64,000 nucleotides of DNA from Rhina ancylostomus (Eukaryota): NCBI GenBank assembly GCA_030265395.1, contig JARFYF010000029.1, positions 14,276,663 to 14,340,662 of the forward strand, given 5' to 3'. Shown here one piece after another: positions 1-12,372 of the stretch. Numbering within the stretch: the stretch's first letter is position 1; each line of letters begins with the position of its first letter. The notes beneath the pieces are model-generated. The model was not told the DNA's origin, made no database searches, and saw only the letters and a list, made by a program, of their open reading frames with translations. The translations under genes were made by a program, and so were the position numbers.

Positions 1-349
1 CAACGGNNNNNNNNNNNNNNNNNNNNNNNNNNNNNNNNNNNNNNNNNNNNNNNNNNNNNNNNNNNNNNNNNNNNNNNNNNNNNNNNNNNNNNNNNNNNNN
101 NNNNNNCTTTTGATATCTTGCTCCAGTTTTTCTATCAGATCTGGTTATTTCTGTCCATCAGCATCATTTTTGCTCATGTTTTTAAGTTTTACTTGTGGAG
201 TCTGGCCTGCTGTGTGACATATTGCGCAAAGAAGCATAATGCACTTGTAGCTGCTGCTTTAAGTTATTTGGTTTTGCCCTATCACAGATATTTCCTTTTG
301 TTCTATCCATCCCTCTCCTTGGCTCATGTAAACTAACATGTTTACTGGT

Positions 350-475
350 TTCCAGCTCTGAAGTGTCTCAGACCTGAAACATTAACTGTTTCCCTCTCTG
401 CAGATGCTGTCTGAATGTTGCCAGCATTTTCTGTTTTTGTTTCAGATTTCTAGCATCTGCAGTTTGCTGATTTTC
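350..475. mobile_element. Degenerate terminal arm of the Penelope-like inverted-repeat family
   Basis: gacctgaaacattaactg...gatgctg...ccagcattttctgtttttgtttcagatttctagcatctgcag resembles the arms at 27770-27890, 36900-36970 and 61010-61110. Confidence 0.55.
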
Positions 476-1075
476 TTTTTCTCTGTAACAACCCAACGTT
501 TTTTCTCTTCGACGCCCTGTCTGCTCTTTTACTTGCACTGTAATGATGTACCTCTCCTGCAGAGCTGAAGTGATGTTCTGTACAGAGGTGAGGGTGGCAC
601 TCACTGAGGCACACCTGGGCTGATAGCTGGGTACTAATGTTCGAGGATATGAAGATGCAATGACTATGGGCAGGGAGGTAAGATTGGAAGAGCCTGCAGC
701 AGACAGGCAGTGTCACAAAGCCACAAAAAAAACTTGCATGGAAAAAGGTTTCAAATTTAACATGTGGATTGCATCTTCATGTCCTCCCTCAACATCAGTG
801 CCCAGTACTACTGAAAGTTGGTTAGGATCAGCTGTGCAGAACTGAGTATGCAGGACACCAGCAGCAGAGATCTAGTGGAGAGCACATCAGTAGGCTTAAA
901 GGTTGTGATAGACTCCAAATTGGGCTTCACCCTTGGATGTTGGTCCTCACCCTGTTCGAATGGTTGATTGAGGGAGGGAGGCTATATGATAGTTTTCTGA
1001 AGAGAAGTGCTATGGAGCTGTGCCATCCTCTGGTTGGACCACACTTGAGATACTGTGTACAGTTCTGGTTGCCAC

Positions 1076-1775
1076 CCTTCAGCCAATGATGTCATGCCTA
1101 ACTAATTAATGCCTAACTAAACTATTTCCTTCTGCCTACATAATGTCCACATTCCTCCATTCTCTACATTTTCACATGCCTATCCAAGAGCCTCTTGAAT
1201 GCTCTATCGAACTTACCTCTACTACCATGCCTGCCAGTGCATTCAGGCACCCACCACTCTGCGTTTTTAAAAAAAACTTGCCCACACATCTCCTTTGAAC
1301 TTGCCCCCTCTCAGCTTAAATGCATGCCCTCTAGTATTAGACTTTTCAACCCTGGGAGGGAAAAAAATACTGGCTACCTAAACTTCTATCAGGTCTCCCA
1401 TCAGGTTCCGCCACTCCAGAGAAAACAATCCAAGTCTGTCCAACTCTCCTTATAGCACATGCCCTCTAATCCAGGCAGCATCCTGGTAAACCTCTGCACC
1501 CTCTCCAAAGCCTCCACATCCTTCCGATAATGGGGCAACCAGAATCGAATGCAACACTCCAGATGTGGTCTAACCAGAGTTTTATAAAGCTGCAACATAA
1601 CTTCCTATCAACCTGTGCAGCCAATTTCAGGGAGCTATGGACTTGGACCCCAAGATCCCTCTGTACATCAGTATTGTTAAGAGTCCTGCCATTAACAGTG
1701 TACTGTCCCTTTACATTTGATCTCCCCAAGTGCAACACTTCACACACGACTGGATTAAACTCCATCTGCTATTTC
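1076..1775 (-). mobile_element. CR1-clade LINE, 3' fragment, nested in an older plus-strand CR1 remnant (about 1025-1075 and 1850-2230)
   Basis: ORFs 1401..1598 and 1466..1765 give MEFNP..CEVLHLGRSN, DLGVQVHSSLK and LYKTLVRPHLE..FW.PHYRKDVEALERVQ.RFTRMLPGL, typical CR1 ORF2 C-terminal motifs, with frameshifts. Confidence 0.9.
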
Positions 1776-2680
1776 TCTGTCCTTATGCTAATTTTGTTAA
1801 GCACTGTTAAACTTGTATCAAACTTTGGTTATACTACACTTGGCATATTGTATGCCACTCAGATCACATTATATAAAAGATGTGGAAGGACTGTAGAAGG
1901 TGTAATAAAGATTCACCAAAACAAACAAGTTAAAATTATTAAGAAAGAATAACTAGACTAGGCTTCCTTTCTCTACATGACAGCTGGTGAATGACCTTAT
2001 AGGAGGTCTTTAAAATCATGAGCGTTTCCAATTATGAAGAAGTGCATAGCTAGAGACTGTCAATATAAAACAATTACAAAGAAACTAAATCAGTAAATTG
2101 GAAGGTGTTGTTACTTCTAACCTGGTGAGAATGTGGAACTCTCCATAACAGAGCGCAGTTGAGACAGACCATTCCAGCAGAAGCTACATGATTACATGAA
2201 GTAGCAACAGAGGTCCAGGTTGCTAGCATTAAACGAAGGTAAATGGATGAATGCTCAAGTGCAGAATAAATAGTGACATGGTCTGCTTTCTATTACGTGC
2301 ATCTTGTGTAATTTTATGCAAATGCAGGTGACCTCCACCTTATGGGGGGCTTGTGTTCCTAGAAAATGGGCTGTATCGCAATTTTCTGTAAGTGAAGCAG
2401 CGTTATCTGCACCTGTGTCAAGAAACACAGAAAAAAAACTCTGTTGATTTACCTTCTTCCCCCTTATAAATTTTGTGGAACAAATTTTATTCTGCATTTC
2501 AAGTTTTCGGTTATGATTTGTGAATTCTGTAAGGGCAGATTTCTGCAACCTGAATGGCCATAATGCAGGGGTCACCTGTATGGCTTTCTCGATATTTACA
2601 GATTGTGCTCAGAACCGAAGACTGCGTACAGTAACAGGAAACCTGTGGTACACAGTGTGAATAAATCACCTGTCCCTTAC

Positions 2681-2760
2681 TTTTCCAATGCACTGCGAAC
2701 TGGCGGAAGTCCTCCACAGCTGTGTTTGTGAACAGTCTCCAGGAGTTGGCAACCATGAAT
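2681..2760 (-). CDS. TUBGCP4: TUBGCP4 coding exon 6 (80 nt, phase 0-2); downstream exons not seen, presumably left of the window
   Basis: ttttggcctgttag|ATTCAT...GAAAA|gtaagg; translates IHGCQLLETVHKHSCGGLPPVRSALE(K) (human IHGCQILETVYKHSCGGLPPVRSALEK). Confidence 0.96.
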
Positions 2761-2910
2761 CTAACAGGCCAAAACAAAAGCACAGTGAGAGCCAATGAAA
2801 TATACTGGCAAGTTATTGCTTGAAATTCAATGTTACGATCTAAATACTTTTTTTCATTTTAAGAGGCCTAATTTTAATGCCCCCCTCATGAAAATTACCA
2901 TAGTATGGTT

Positions 2911-2960
2911 CCACAGGCATTAGTAGCCATTTTACCACAGGCATCAGTAGCAGTTTTACC
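2911..2960. repeat. Imperfect 24-bp tandem duplication
   Basis: ccacaggcattagtagccatttta / ccacaggcatcagtagcagtttta. Confidence 0.85.
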
Positions 2961-3294
2961 CCTTTCCAGTTTGCAAGGACACAAATGCTGAGTAATGCAT
3001 GATATTCAAAGTTTGCAATGCATTACATTAAGCTACATGCAGCTGTCATTCAACATCCACACCCATTCATTCCCCAGTGAGGCAGTGGCATAGGGAGGAG
3101 TAGGTATTCAATTGGCCTTTTTCTGACTGGAGCCCTGCGTATCCCCCATTAGTGCTTTGGTGGCCTTGGTTACTTCAATGCAGGCTAATGATTGAATGGG
3201 GAAGAAACCAGAACTGCTTCATTACAACCACCAGAAAAGGCTGAAGCTTCGGCTGAAGGGATGCAGAGAATCAGGCATTTTTATCTTGGTTGAT

Positions 3295-3900
3295 ATTGTA
3301 GTGCAATACCAAGAGAGGGCTGTACTGGTATCCTTTGAATGAAACAGAAACAAAATCCCATCTACTCTCTGGTGTAAAGGATCTTATGGAATTATTTGAA
3401 GAGTGGAAGTGAACTCTCCTTTGGTGTCCTGGTCAATATTTATCCTTCAACCAACATCAATAAAGCAGATTTGTTGGTCATTAACATTTTGTTGTTTGTG
3501 GCAGCTTGCTGTGCATGAAACATCTTATTTATTCCTTCCCAGGATATAGGTGTTGCTGACTCAACAAGCAATGATATCCAATGCTAACTGCCCTTGACCC
3601 AAGTGTTTCCTTGGTATTGTTCCTTTTCCAAAGGAATCAGCTTGCTAACTGTGTTTTTACATCAACGGGTTATCATTACTAGAATTAGGTTTTAAATTAT
3701 TTTTCAAATTGCTTGAATGTAAATTTACGTGCTGCCTTGGTGAGATTTAAATGTACTTCCAGTTTAATAAAACAAGCATCTACTTTGTAGCCTCATTTCC
3801 TTTATTACAGTAGTTACCATGCTTCAAAAAGTATTTAATTGGCTCCAATGCACTTTGAAATGTCCTGAAGGGGACTTCAAGGGGCAAGAAAAATGCAAAA
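3295..3900 (+). mobile_element. Deu-domain SINE (SacSINE1/AmnSINE-like), split by an insertion at about 3525-3790
   Basis: ggtgtcctggtcaatatttatccttcaaccaacatca...ggtcatt...gtttgtggcagcttgctgtgc and the tail cttcaaaaagtatttaattggct...gtcctgaagg...aaatgcaa match the recalled DeuSINE core and tail. A further fragment is at about 5215-5400. Confidence 0.7.
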
Positions 3901-4122
3901 CTGGAAAAGATAGAGCTACGGGCTTACCTTTGAGAAATCTTTTAGATCATAATAGGGTTTGATAGGTTAACCTTGGAGAATATGCTTCCACTCGTAGGGA
4001 CCATAAATATAAATCAGTCACCAATAAATTCTATTCAGACATGATAGGGTGCTTGGATCCCACGTAACAAGAACCACAATATGAAGGTAGGCAGTCAGCA
4101 ATATCAGTAAACCAAAACTTAC

Positions 4123-4179
4123 CTTTTGTGATTTGATTTGTTCAACCACCACCATAACAGATGGGAACAGCAGCTGAAA
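4123..4179 (-). CDS. TUBGCP4: TUBGCP4 coding exon 5 (57 nt, phase 0-0)
   Basis: gctctcag|TTTCAG...CAAAAG|gtaagt; translates FQLLFPSVMVVVEQIKSQK, identical to recalled human sequence. It is contained in ORF 4018..4254. Confidence 0.96.
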
Positions 4180-5067
4180 CTGAGAGCAACAATCAATTGT
4201 ACAGCAAACATGAAGGGAAGTCAGTACCAGATGCAAGCTACCTGACCTGAGCATAGGGGGACGTACTGGGTTCAGATTGAGTCAGGTGTACATGTTGTCT
4301 TATACATTCAGGGTTGGGTTCAGCTGAGCCAGCTCAATAGCTTATAAATAAATATTGTTAATACATTTTAGCAAGTTTTTTTTCCTGATTTTGCAAAAGT
4401 ACTTCCAACTTCATGAGAGTTACATCGAGAGAGGAGAGTGATGCTTGTATCAGGTTCTGGAAAAAAAGCCTTTAAGCTCAGACTAGCCATGGCTGAGACG
4501 GTTCAGGTAAGTTTTTAATTTTATACCCAAGCAGATCACCAGCCATAATGGTATCAGAACATATTAGCTCAGCAAGTCAGTTCAGAAAGGTGAGGTAAAG
4601 TATACTTTTCGTTATGTAAAAGCATTGGAACAGAGTGGTCTCAATCTAGTCTCCCTTGTCATATGCTCACAATGCAAAACTGCACATGAAAATAACTATA
4701 CATGCACAGTATTTTGAAAAATGGGGAAGGAAATAAAATAATTTATTATAATTCCTTCATTTTTAGTTATGTGAGCATGATTAAAATTACAAAGAATACA
4801 AGCTTTCTATAATCTCTTAAGAGTATAACTGTGTTGATCCTTGCACAGACGCAAGGGGCTGAATGGCCTGCTCCTGTTCCCAATTCAACCCACTGATGTT
4901 GCACGCAAACTTCACCGACTAGTCTGCAGTCACATCAGGATATTTAGTTTTGACATGGAACACCAGAAGTGATTCAGAAAATCTGAAAGTCACTTTTTAC
5001 AGATGGGCCCTCTTCCAATCATCTGATGAATCTGAAACAGCTTCAGTGTGTTGTAACATATGCTTAC

Positions 5068-5121
5068 CTGATCTAAGGAGTAGTTGACATGAGAGACAGA
5101 GAGGTGTGGGTCTGCCAAGAA
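5068..5121 (-). CDS. TUBGCP4: TUBGCP4 coding exon 4 (54 nt, phase 0-0)
   Basis: ttacttccag|TTCTTG...GATCAG|gtaagc; translates FLADPHLSVSHVNYSLDQ (human FLGDPHLSISHVNYFLDQ). Confidence 0.96.
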
Positions 5122-5407
5122 CTGGAAGTAAACATAGAGGCAATATATTATCTTGTTGGAGGCAGAAGGGTATATTAAGATTCATTAGAAAAATGCATGC
5201 ATTTGACCAATGTTACTCCACAACCAACATCACTGACTAGACTTTCTGTCACATTTACCTTGCTGTTCATCTGTGGAACAAGCTGCATGCAAATTAGCTA
5301 CAAAAGTGATGAAAATTCAAAAGCAGTTAACTGGCTATAAGGTAGATTGGAATGTTTGAAGTCTGTACATGTGTGCAAGATATTACATATATACAAATTC
5401 TTTCTCT

Positions 5408-5707
5408 ACCAGGTTCAAGAATAGTTATTTCTTTTCAACGTGTCAGTTCTCCAACCAACTGGCACAACCCTAATCACTACAGTTTAGCAACACTATGACG
5501 ACTTTGATCACTTTGCACTAAAATGGACTGGTACTTTTTGTTCTAATTGTGTTCTTTCTTATAAAAATTATTCAATTTATGTTCAATTTGTGTGTTTCTT
5601 GTTATTGCTGCTTAACTGATGCTACGTGCCTGTGATGCTTCTGCTAGCAAGTTTTTCATTGCACCTGTGCATACATGTACGTGCATATGACAATAGACTT
5701 TGGACTC
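5408..5707 (+). mobile_element. Rex1/Babar-type LINE, extreme 3' end
   Basis: accaggttcaagaatagttattt (T-R-F-K-N-S-Y-F end of ORF2) followed by a 3' UTR ending gcatatgacaatagact. Confidence 0.65.
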
Positions 5708-6262
5708 CTTTGACACATGTATTGTAAGTGGGACAACAAGTAACGTTACATAGTGAATTGAAATTTCAGAATTTATTTTCATAGTATTTGAAGAGAGAAG
5801 AAATCCTCATTTTATGCTCCCTGAATTAGCCAGAGGCTTTTTGGCTCTCTCGGGAGATTACATAGTTACTGGTAACTGAGACTTCTCAAACACAAGACGA
5901 CTGAATAGGCTAGATATGTTAAACCAGCTTGCCTTTATCTACCTTTCTCATATATTTATATATCTAAAATTATTTCACTTGATGTAATTGATGAGGAGTG
6001 CAATTATGTAGATGGAGGGAGGAATGTTGGCCAAGATACCAGAAGACCTTTGAACAGTATCACAGGATCTTTAACAATCACCTGAACCTCTCAGAAGTGT
6101 AGACCAAGCTGCGGATTAAGGAGAGTTAGAACTCTGCCCAGAGAACAATGCCTGATTATTGAAATCTTATCTACAACAGCTCTTTCAAATGATAGCAAAA
6201 CAGTTTGCAGCAGCTTTTAATTAATTTTCCTGCAATGTTATAGTAAAGGTGAAGAAAATTAC

Positions 6263-6385
6263 CTCCTGCTCCAGATCAAGCAGGGCCTGCCTGTAGGGCT
6301 GCAGCACTGAGTCTAGTCCAGTACAGAAGGCACGAAGGTAAATCCCGTGCAGTCCTGCCTGGCCCTGCTGGGAAGGGTGGCACTC
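6263..6385 (-). CDS. TUBGCP4: TUBGCP4 coding exon 3 (123 nt, phase 0-0)
   Basis: ttacag|GAGTGC...CAGGAG|gtaatt; translates ECHPSQQGQAGLHGIYLRAFCTGLDSVLQPYRQALLDLEQE (human DHHPSQQGQGGLHGIYLRAFCTGLDSVLQPYRQALLDLEQE). Confidence 0.96.
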
Positions 6386-7072
6386 CTGTAANNNNNNNNN
6401 NGACCATTCAAGAAAGATCAGATGAATGAAAAAAGATAAAGGAAATATGGAGGATAGATATGATTAGAACCACTACTTCTATGGTTGCCTTCATGGGCCA
6501 CTTGGGCAAATTGCCTACTTCTACATTTTGGAGCTTCTTTGTATTTTGTATGAAAATGGGGACAGTTGTTCCATTGTACTCACCATTCTAAAACCATAAT
6601 GTTCCTGCTATATATAGTGGCATTTTGAATAACTCAGTTACTAGAAATTCTAACAGAAGAACCAAATTAAAGGCAAAGCAATGAAAAATAGGATTATTGT
6701 AAAACAGGCAAATGGGCTTCTGAAGTTACAGGGGGCACTGAACACAAGTCAGGAACTAAGGCCATTGATGAGGACTGTGCAGTTCTTGCCTTAAAAGAAA
6801 AATATTATGAAGACCAGAGNNNNNNNNNNGGACTTTCTTCACAGAAAGGGAGAATATTAACAACAGATCTGAAAGAGATTTTCAAATTTGACTCTGAAGA
6901 GGATAAATGAATAGGATTTACTCATTTTGCTCATGATAAAATATGTAATATTGCCACTAGGATAATGAAGGGCAAGGTTAAAATGAGTGTTCTTGCAGTT
7001 TTATTGAAGCACGCAATATCTTATTATGTGGCTTTTGGTGCAGACGTGACAATATAGACTTTAAGATCTCTT

Positions 7073-7340
7073 TCTTAGTCACATGTACATTGAAACACAC
7101 AGTGAAATGCATCTTTCGCGTAGAGTGTTCTGGGAGGCAGATGCAAGTGTCGCCACGCTCCTGGTGCTAACATAGCATGTCCACAACTTCCTAAACCGCA
7201 CATCTTTGGAATGTGGGAGGAAACCAGAGTACCTGGAGAAACCCACACAGACAAGGGGAGAACATACAAACTCCTTACAGACAGTGGCCAGAATTGAACC
7301 CCAGTCGGTGGCACTATAATAGTGTTACGCTAACCACTAC
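7073..7340 (-). mobile_element. tRNA-derived V-SINE (HE1-like)
   Basis: Minus strand begins tgtagtggttagcg (A box) ... ggggttcaattc (B box), followed by the V-domain ggagtttgtatgttctcccc...gtgggtttctccagg...tttcctcccacattccaaaga. Confidence 0.85.
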
Positions 7341-7996
7341 AGGAAATAGAAAAGGGAAGAGATAGGATTTCTTGCAAAAGAACCACTAACAATATGGTTT
7401 TATGTGTCTGCTTAATTAATATAATTAAGAACATGAAAAATAGAAATAAGCCATATAAGCACTCAATAAAACCAGAGCTGAACCATGGCTTATCCACTTT
7501 CCAACTCTTTATCTCCTGATTAAACGAGACTAACAAAACATTATCATAATTTTTATAAAAAAAGAACAAAAAAAATCCCTGTCCAAGCTCTAACCAGAAT
7601 AACTTACAATCTACATCAAGAGATCCATCACAGTCAGCCTCAGTTAACTGACCCCTGGTGGCCTAGTTCAGGCCTTGTAATCTGTCTCAATGAAGCTGGT
7701 TCAAGGATAAGAAATTCTGTTAGGGCCACTGCTTCTGCCCTGTTATAGGAGGTTCCTATTAGAACACTACGCAGCCCGAGCTCAGTTAGAGAAAGAATGG
7801 AGCAGATTTTGGTGCCTTCGACTATTGTATATCCCAATGACTATCTAGACTTATACATGAAAACTCACATTTGTGGAGGTGATTGGAGAAGCATCATCCC
7901 AGTAGTGCTATAAACGTCAGAACAATTGAGAGGGAAGCAGTAAAGCAGACAGCTGTATAGGGAACCTCAGCATAGATCAGTGGCCACAGAACCTAC

Positions 7997-8122
7997 CTGC
8001 TGTACATGTCCAGTATACTGCTCAACAAACTCTGTAAAGCGTATGTAGTCGGTGCCTAACTTGCACAATCGATTTAAGACACTGGTCTCACTTGGATGAA
8101 GGAAAGGCAGATCCTGAGATAC
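7997..8122 (-). CDS. TUBGCP4: TUBGCP4 coding exon 2 (126 nt, phase 0-0)
   Basis: Minus strand reads ctag|GTATCTCAG...CAGCAG|gtaggt and translates VSQDLPFLHPSETSVLNRLCKLGTDYIRFTEFVEQYTGHVQQ. This is near-identical to recalled human GCP4 VSQDFPFLHPSETSVLNRLCRLGTDYIRFTEFIEQYTGHVQQQ. Confidence 0.96.
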
Positions 8123-8379
8123 CTAGGTACAATCAGAGATAACTGTTAATTTAGGGCATGGCTTACTACATTGTCAACACAATACTTTGTATTTATTTGG
8201 TGGCTACAGTGTCAAATGTTCCAAACAGCAAACAGCCTTCTATAAGAGAGATTACCAAAGTCATTCACCTGTCAAAGACAATAATACACATTCTAAGGTT
8301 TTTCAGCATTGACAGCTTTGGACTGTCTATAAAGCACTTAGAGTTTTGAGCTAATAAGTTCAATGAGTATGTGTCTAAG

Positions 8380-9170
8380 CACAGCTCAAACACCATCTAT
8401 AAATTCGCTGATGACACCACATTTGGTGGTAGAATCTCAGGTGGTGAGGCAGATCGGTTCATTGAATGGTATCGAAAACAATAACCTCTCACTCAACGTC
8501 AGTAAGACCAAGAAATTGATTGTAGATTTCAAGAAGGGAAAGTTGGGAGAAAACACACCAGTTCTCACTGAGGGATCAGCAGTGGAAAGGGTGAGCTGCT
8601 TTAAGTTCCTGGGCCCAACACATTGATGGCAATCACAAAGAAGACATACTAGCGGCTCTACTTCGTTAGGAGTTTGAAGAAATTTGGTAAGTCACCAAAG
8701 ACTCTTACAAATTTCTATAGATGTACAGTACAGTGGAGAGCATTCTGACTGGTTGCATCACAGCCTGGTATAGATGATCCAATCTATAGGATTGCACGAG
8801 GCTGCAAAGGGTTATAGACTCAGCCAGCTCCATCACGGGCACAACCCTCCCCACCATCGAGGACATCTTCAAGGCGGTGCCTCAAGAAGACGGCATCCAT
8901 CACCAAGGACCCTCACCATCTGGGACATGTCCTCTTCTCGTTACTATCACCAGGAAGTAGGTACGGGAGCCTGAAGACCCACATTCAACAATTCAGGAAC
9001 AGCTTCTTTCCCTCTGCCATCAGATTTCTGAACAGTCCATGAACACTACCTTATTATTGCATTATTTATTTCTGTAATTTACAGCAATTTTATGTCTTTG
9101 CACTGCACTGCTGTTGCAAAACAACAAATTTCATGTCATACAAGTCAGTGCTAATAAATCTGATTCTGAT
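8380..9170 (+). mobile_element. Rex1/Babar-type LINE, 5'-truncated and frameshifted
   Basis: Translates IYKFADDTT, NNLSLNVSKTKKLIVDF and VERVSCFKFLG; 3' tail taataaatctgattctgat. Confidence 0.88.
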
Positions 9171-10519
9171 ATGGTTTTCCCCATTGCAGTATAATTTCCA
9201 CCTTAATGATTCTGCAGTTTTGCCTTTATCACTCTGTATAAGAACATGAGAATCAGGATATACAACACCATTCAATGAGATTGTGGCCTACCTTTCACTT
9301 CACCACTTTCCTGACCTATCACCATATTGTTTGATATCCCTAATTTCAAAAACATAAGATAATTCTTGATACTGAATGTTCTTAGTATAAATTAGTCCTG
9401 AACATTTCTTTAATAGGTATTACCTAGCTAGCACTAAAACATTTTTAAAATCAGATCAAGTGACATTTACAGACAGCCTACCCCAAACAATAGTTTGAGG
9501 TTAGAGTCCAAGGACCAAGCCAGTAGGGTGAAATGGGGAATTACCCAAATGCTGTGATTGTGGTGAAAGCAGACCATGCAACATCTTTTGGTCTGCTCAC
9601 TGCTCAAGGATGGCACGTGCACAGACTGGGATCTTGTTCAGTCCTGCATGCAAACTACAACAGTGCCATCAATGGAAAGAGCTGACTTGATGAACACAAG
9701 ATGATGATGATTCAAAGGGACATGAAAGCTACTATGTTAATTCAAGTTTTTCTTTCTTAAGACATATATGATGATGTCAAATATTGCACATGATAATCTG
9801 GTTCTGATCAAGCTACAGCTTGAGAACAGTGTCCAATTCTGGTTGCCAAGACAGAAGGTGGATATCAAAATTTTGGGCACCATTCAGAAATGAGCAATTA
9901 GGCTAACAGCTGGCAAATGGGATCATTTGGATCAAATGGCTATGTTTAGTTACTGTGCAGGTCCTTAATCTTTGGGCAAGTTTGTGTTATTTGTGTCATA
10001 ATCATCTGATATCAACGTTCCCAATATAGTCTTCTGGTTAAAATTCTTCCATAGCTGTCTATACCACATATTATATCTTTTCATTTGTTCATGTATTTGC
10101 AGCTGACAAGAATATAATTAGATCCAGTTTCCTTTTGTATACTAAATTGTGATAGTTGCATAGTTCCATGGAGCCCCTGGGAACTCACTGTCTGAGTGCA
10201 ATTTCTGATTAGTTATTGACACTTGGAGAGTTGCAAAGATATTCATTTTATGCATACCTGGATTTGTTTTGTCCCTCATCAGAATTCAGGTACAGTACAT
10301 ATTCATCATTTTAATAAAGACTATTGTATTTATCCAGTGCTTTTCATAACCTCAGCGCATACCAAAATACTGTGCAACCAATTAACTACTTCTGAAGGAT
10401 GGGTTACCTCAGAGATCCCATTACTGGTGACTGACTGCACATAGCCTTTGCTAAGCCAGAAAACAGCACACTGCCGGGTCAGCAAGATGGTACATATGAA
10501 ATTTAAACAGAAAAAGACG

Positions 10520-10810
10520 ATTCAGCTCTGTGACCGTTCCAGCGTTCAACAAGATTATGCTGACCTTTTACTTTGTTCACTTTCCTCTCTTATCTCCATA
10601 TACATCAATTCCCTTAATATCTTTTAAAAAAATCTATCAATCTCAGTCCTAAAAGCAGTGACTGGGTCCCTGCAGCCCTCTTGGGAAGTGAATTGCAAAA
10701 ATTTACCACCATCTGGATAAAGAAATTTCTTCTCATCTGTCCTGAATTGCTGACCCCTTGTTCTGAGACTCTGACCCCATATTCTGGATACCCCTGCATC
10801 TTCCTGTCAA
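10520..10810 (-). mobile_element. Old CR1 3' fragment
   Basis: ORF 10614..10844 contains MRRNFFIQMVVNFCNSLPKRA, the CR1 RRNFFTQRVVNLWNSLP motif. Confidence 0.7.
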
Positions 10811-11127
10811 GCTCTGTAATTATTTTTGTATGCAAGTAAAACATATCATTAAAGGAATGACATAGATGAACCAGAAGTATTTATAAATTCAAAATGGGTG
10901 GGTTTATTTATTCCTTATTTATCCCTTCCTTAGTTGCCTCTGGTGGTGTGCCTCCTGAAACCACTAGTATCAAGTGTGCTGAAGGTGTTCCTTCAAAGCT
11001 GAGGGGAAATAGTTCTAGGATTAAGACCAAACATCAAGAAAGAAATATATTAAAGATGGAATGGTGGTTACCACTGGCAACTGTATCTTCTGCAGCCTCC
11101 TCTACTATACTCAGTTTCTTTCTTCCC

Positions 11128-12372
11128 TTAAGAGGCTGGTCATGGCACACATTAACTCCAGCCTCCCAGAAAACCTCGATCCACTGCAATTTGCCTACCA
11201 CCGAAACAGGTCTATGGCGGACACCATCTCCCTGGCCCTATAATCATCTCTGGAGCATCTGGACAGTAAAGGCACCTACCTTAGACTATTGTTTATTGAC
11301 TACAGCTCCACCTTCAATACTATAATTCCACGCAAACTCATCATCAGACTCCAAGACCTGGCACTCAACATCTCCCTTTGCAACTGGATCCTTGTCTTCC
11401 TGACCAACAGACCGCAATCAGTAGGGATAGGCAGTAACACCTCAACCACAATTATTCTCAACACTGGTGCCCCACACAGCTGAGTCCTCAGCCTCCGATT
11501 CTACTCCCGAAACACTCATGACTGCATGGCCAAATTCTGCTCTAACTCTATCTATAAGTTTCATGACAACAACCTTTCCTTCAATGTCAACAAAACATAA
11601 GAGCTGGTCATTGACTCCAGGAAGGCAGGGGCAGTGCACATGTTCCTGCCTACATCAATGGTGCTGAGGTCGAGAGGGTCCCTAGGAGTGAACAACACCA
11701 ATAGCCTGTCCTGGTCCAACCATATAGTCAACACGGACAAGAAAGATCAGCAGCGCTTCTACTTCCTCAGGAGGCTAAAGAAATTTGGCACGATCCCATC
11801 GACTCTCACCAATTTTTAATCGATGCACCATAGAAAGCATCCTATTCGGATGCATCACGGCTTGTTATGGCAACCGCTCTGCTCATGACTGCAAGAAACT
11901 GCAGAGAGTTGTGGACACAGCCCAACACATCACAGAAACCAACCTCCCCTCCATGGACTCTGTCTATACCTCTCGCTGCCTTGGTGAAGCAGCCATCATA
12001 ATCAAAGACCCCACCCATCCTGGACATTCTCTCTTCTCCCCCCTCCCATCGGGCAGAAGGTACAAAAACCTGGAAGCACGTACCACCAGGCTCAAGGACA
12101 GCTTCTATCCCGCTGCTATAAGACCACTGAATGGTTCCCTAGTATGACAAGGTGCACTCTTGACTTTAAATCTACCTCATTATGACCTTGCACCTTATTG
12201 TCTACCTTCACTGCACTTTCTCTGTAACTAGAACACTTTATTCTGCACTCTGTTATTGTTTTACTTTGTACTACCTCAGTGGACTGTGTAATGAATTGAT
12301 CTGTATGAACGGTATGCAAGACAAGTTTTTCACTGTACCTCTGTACATGTGAAAATAATAAACCAATTTACC
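11128..12372 (+). mobile_element. Rex1/Babar-type LINE, RT and 3' portion, decayed
   Basis: ORFs give [83 protein letters not shown] and RTTRLKDSFYP; 3' UTR ends aataataaaccaattta. Confidence 0.92.
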
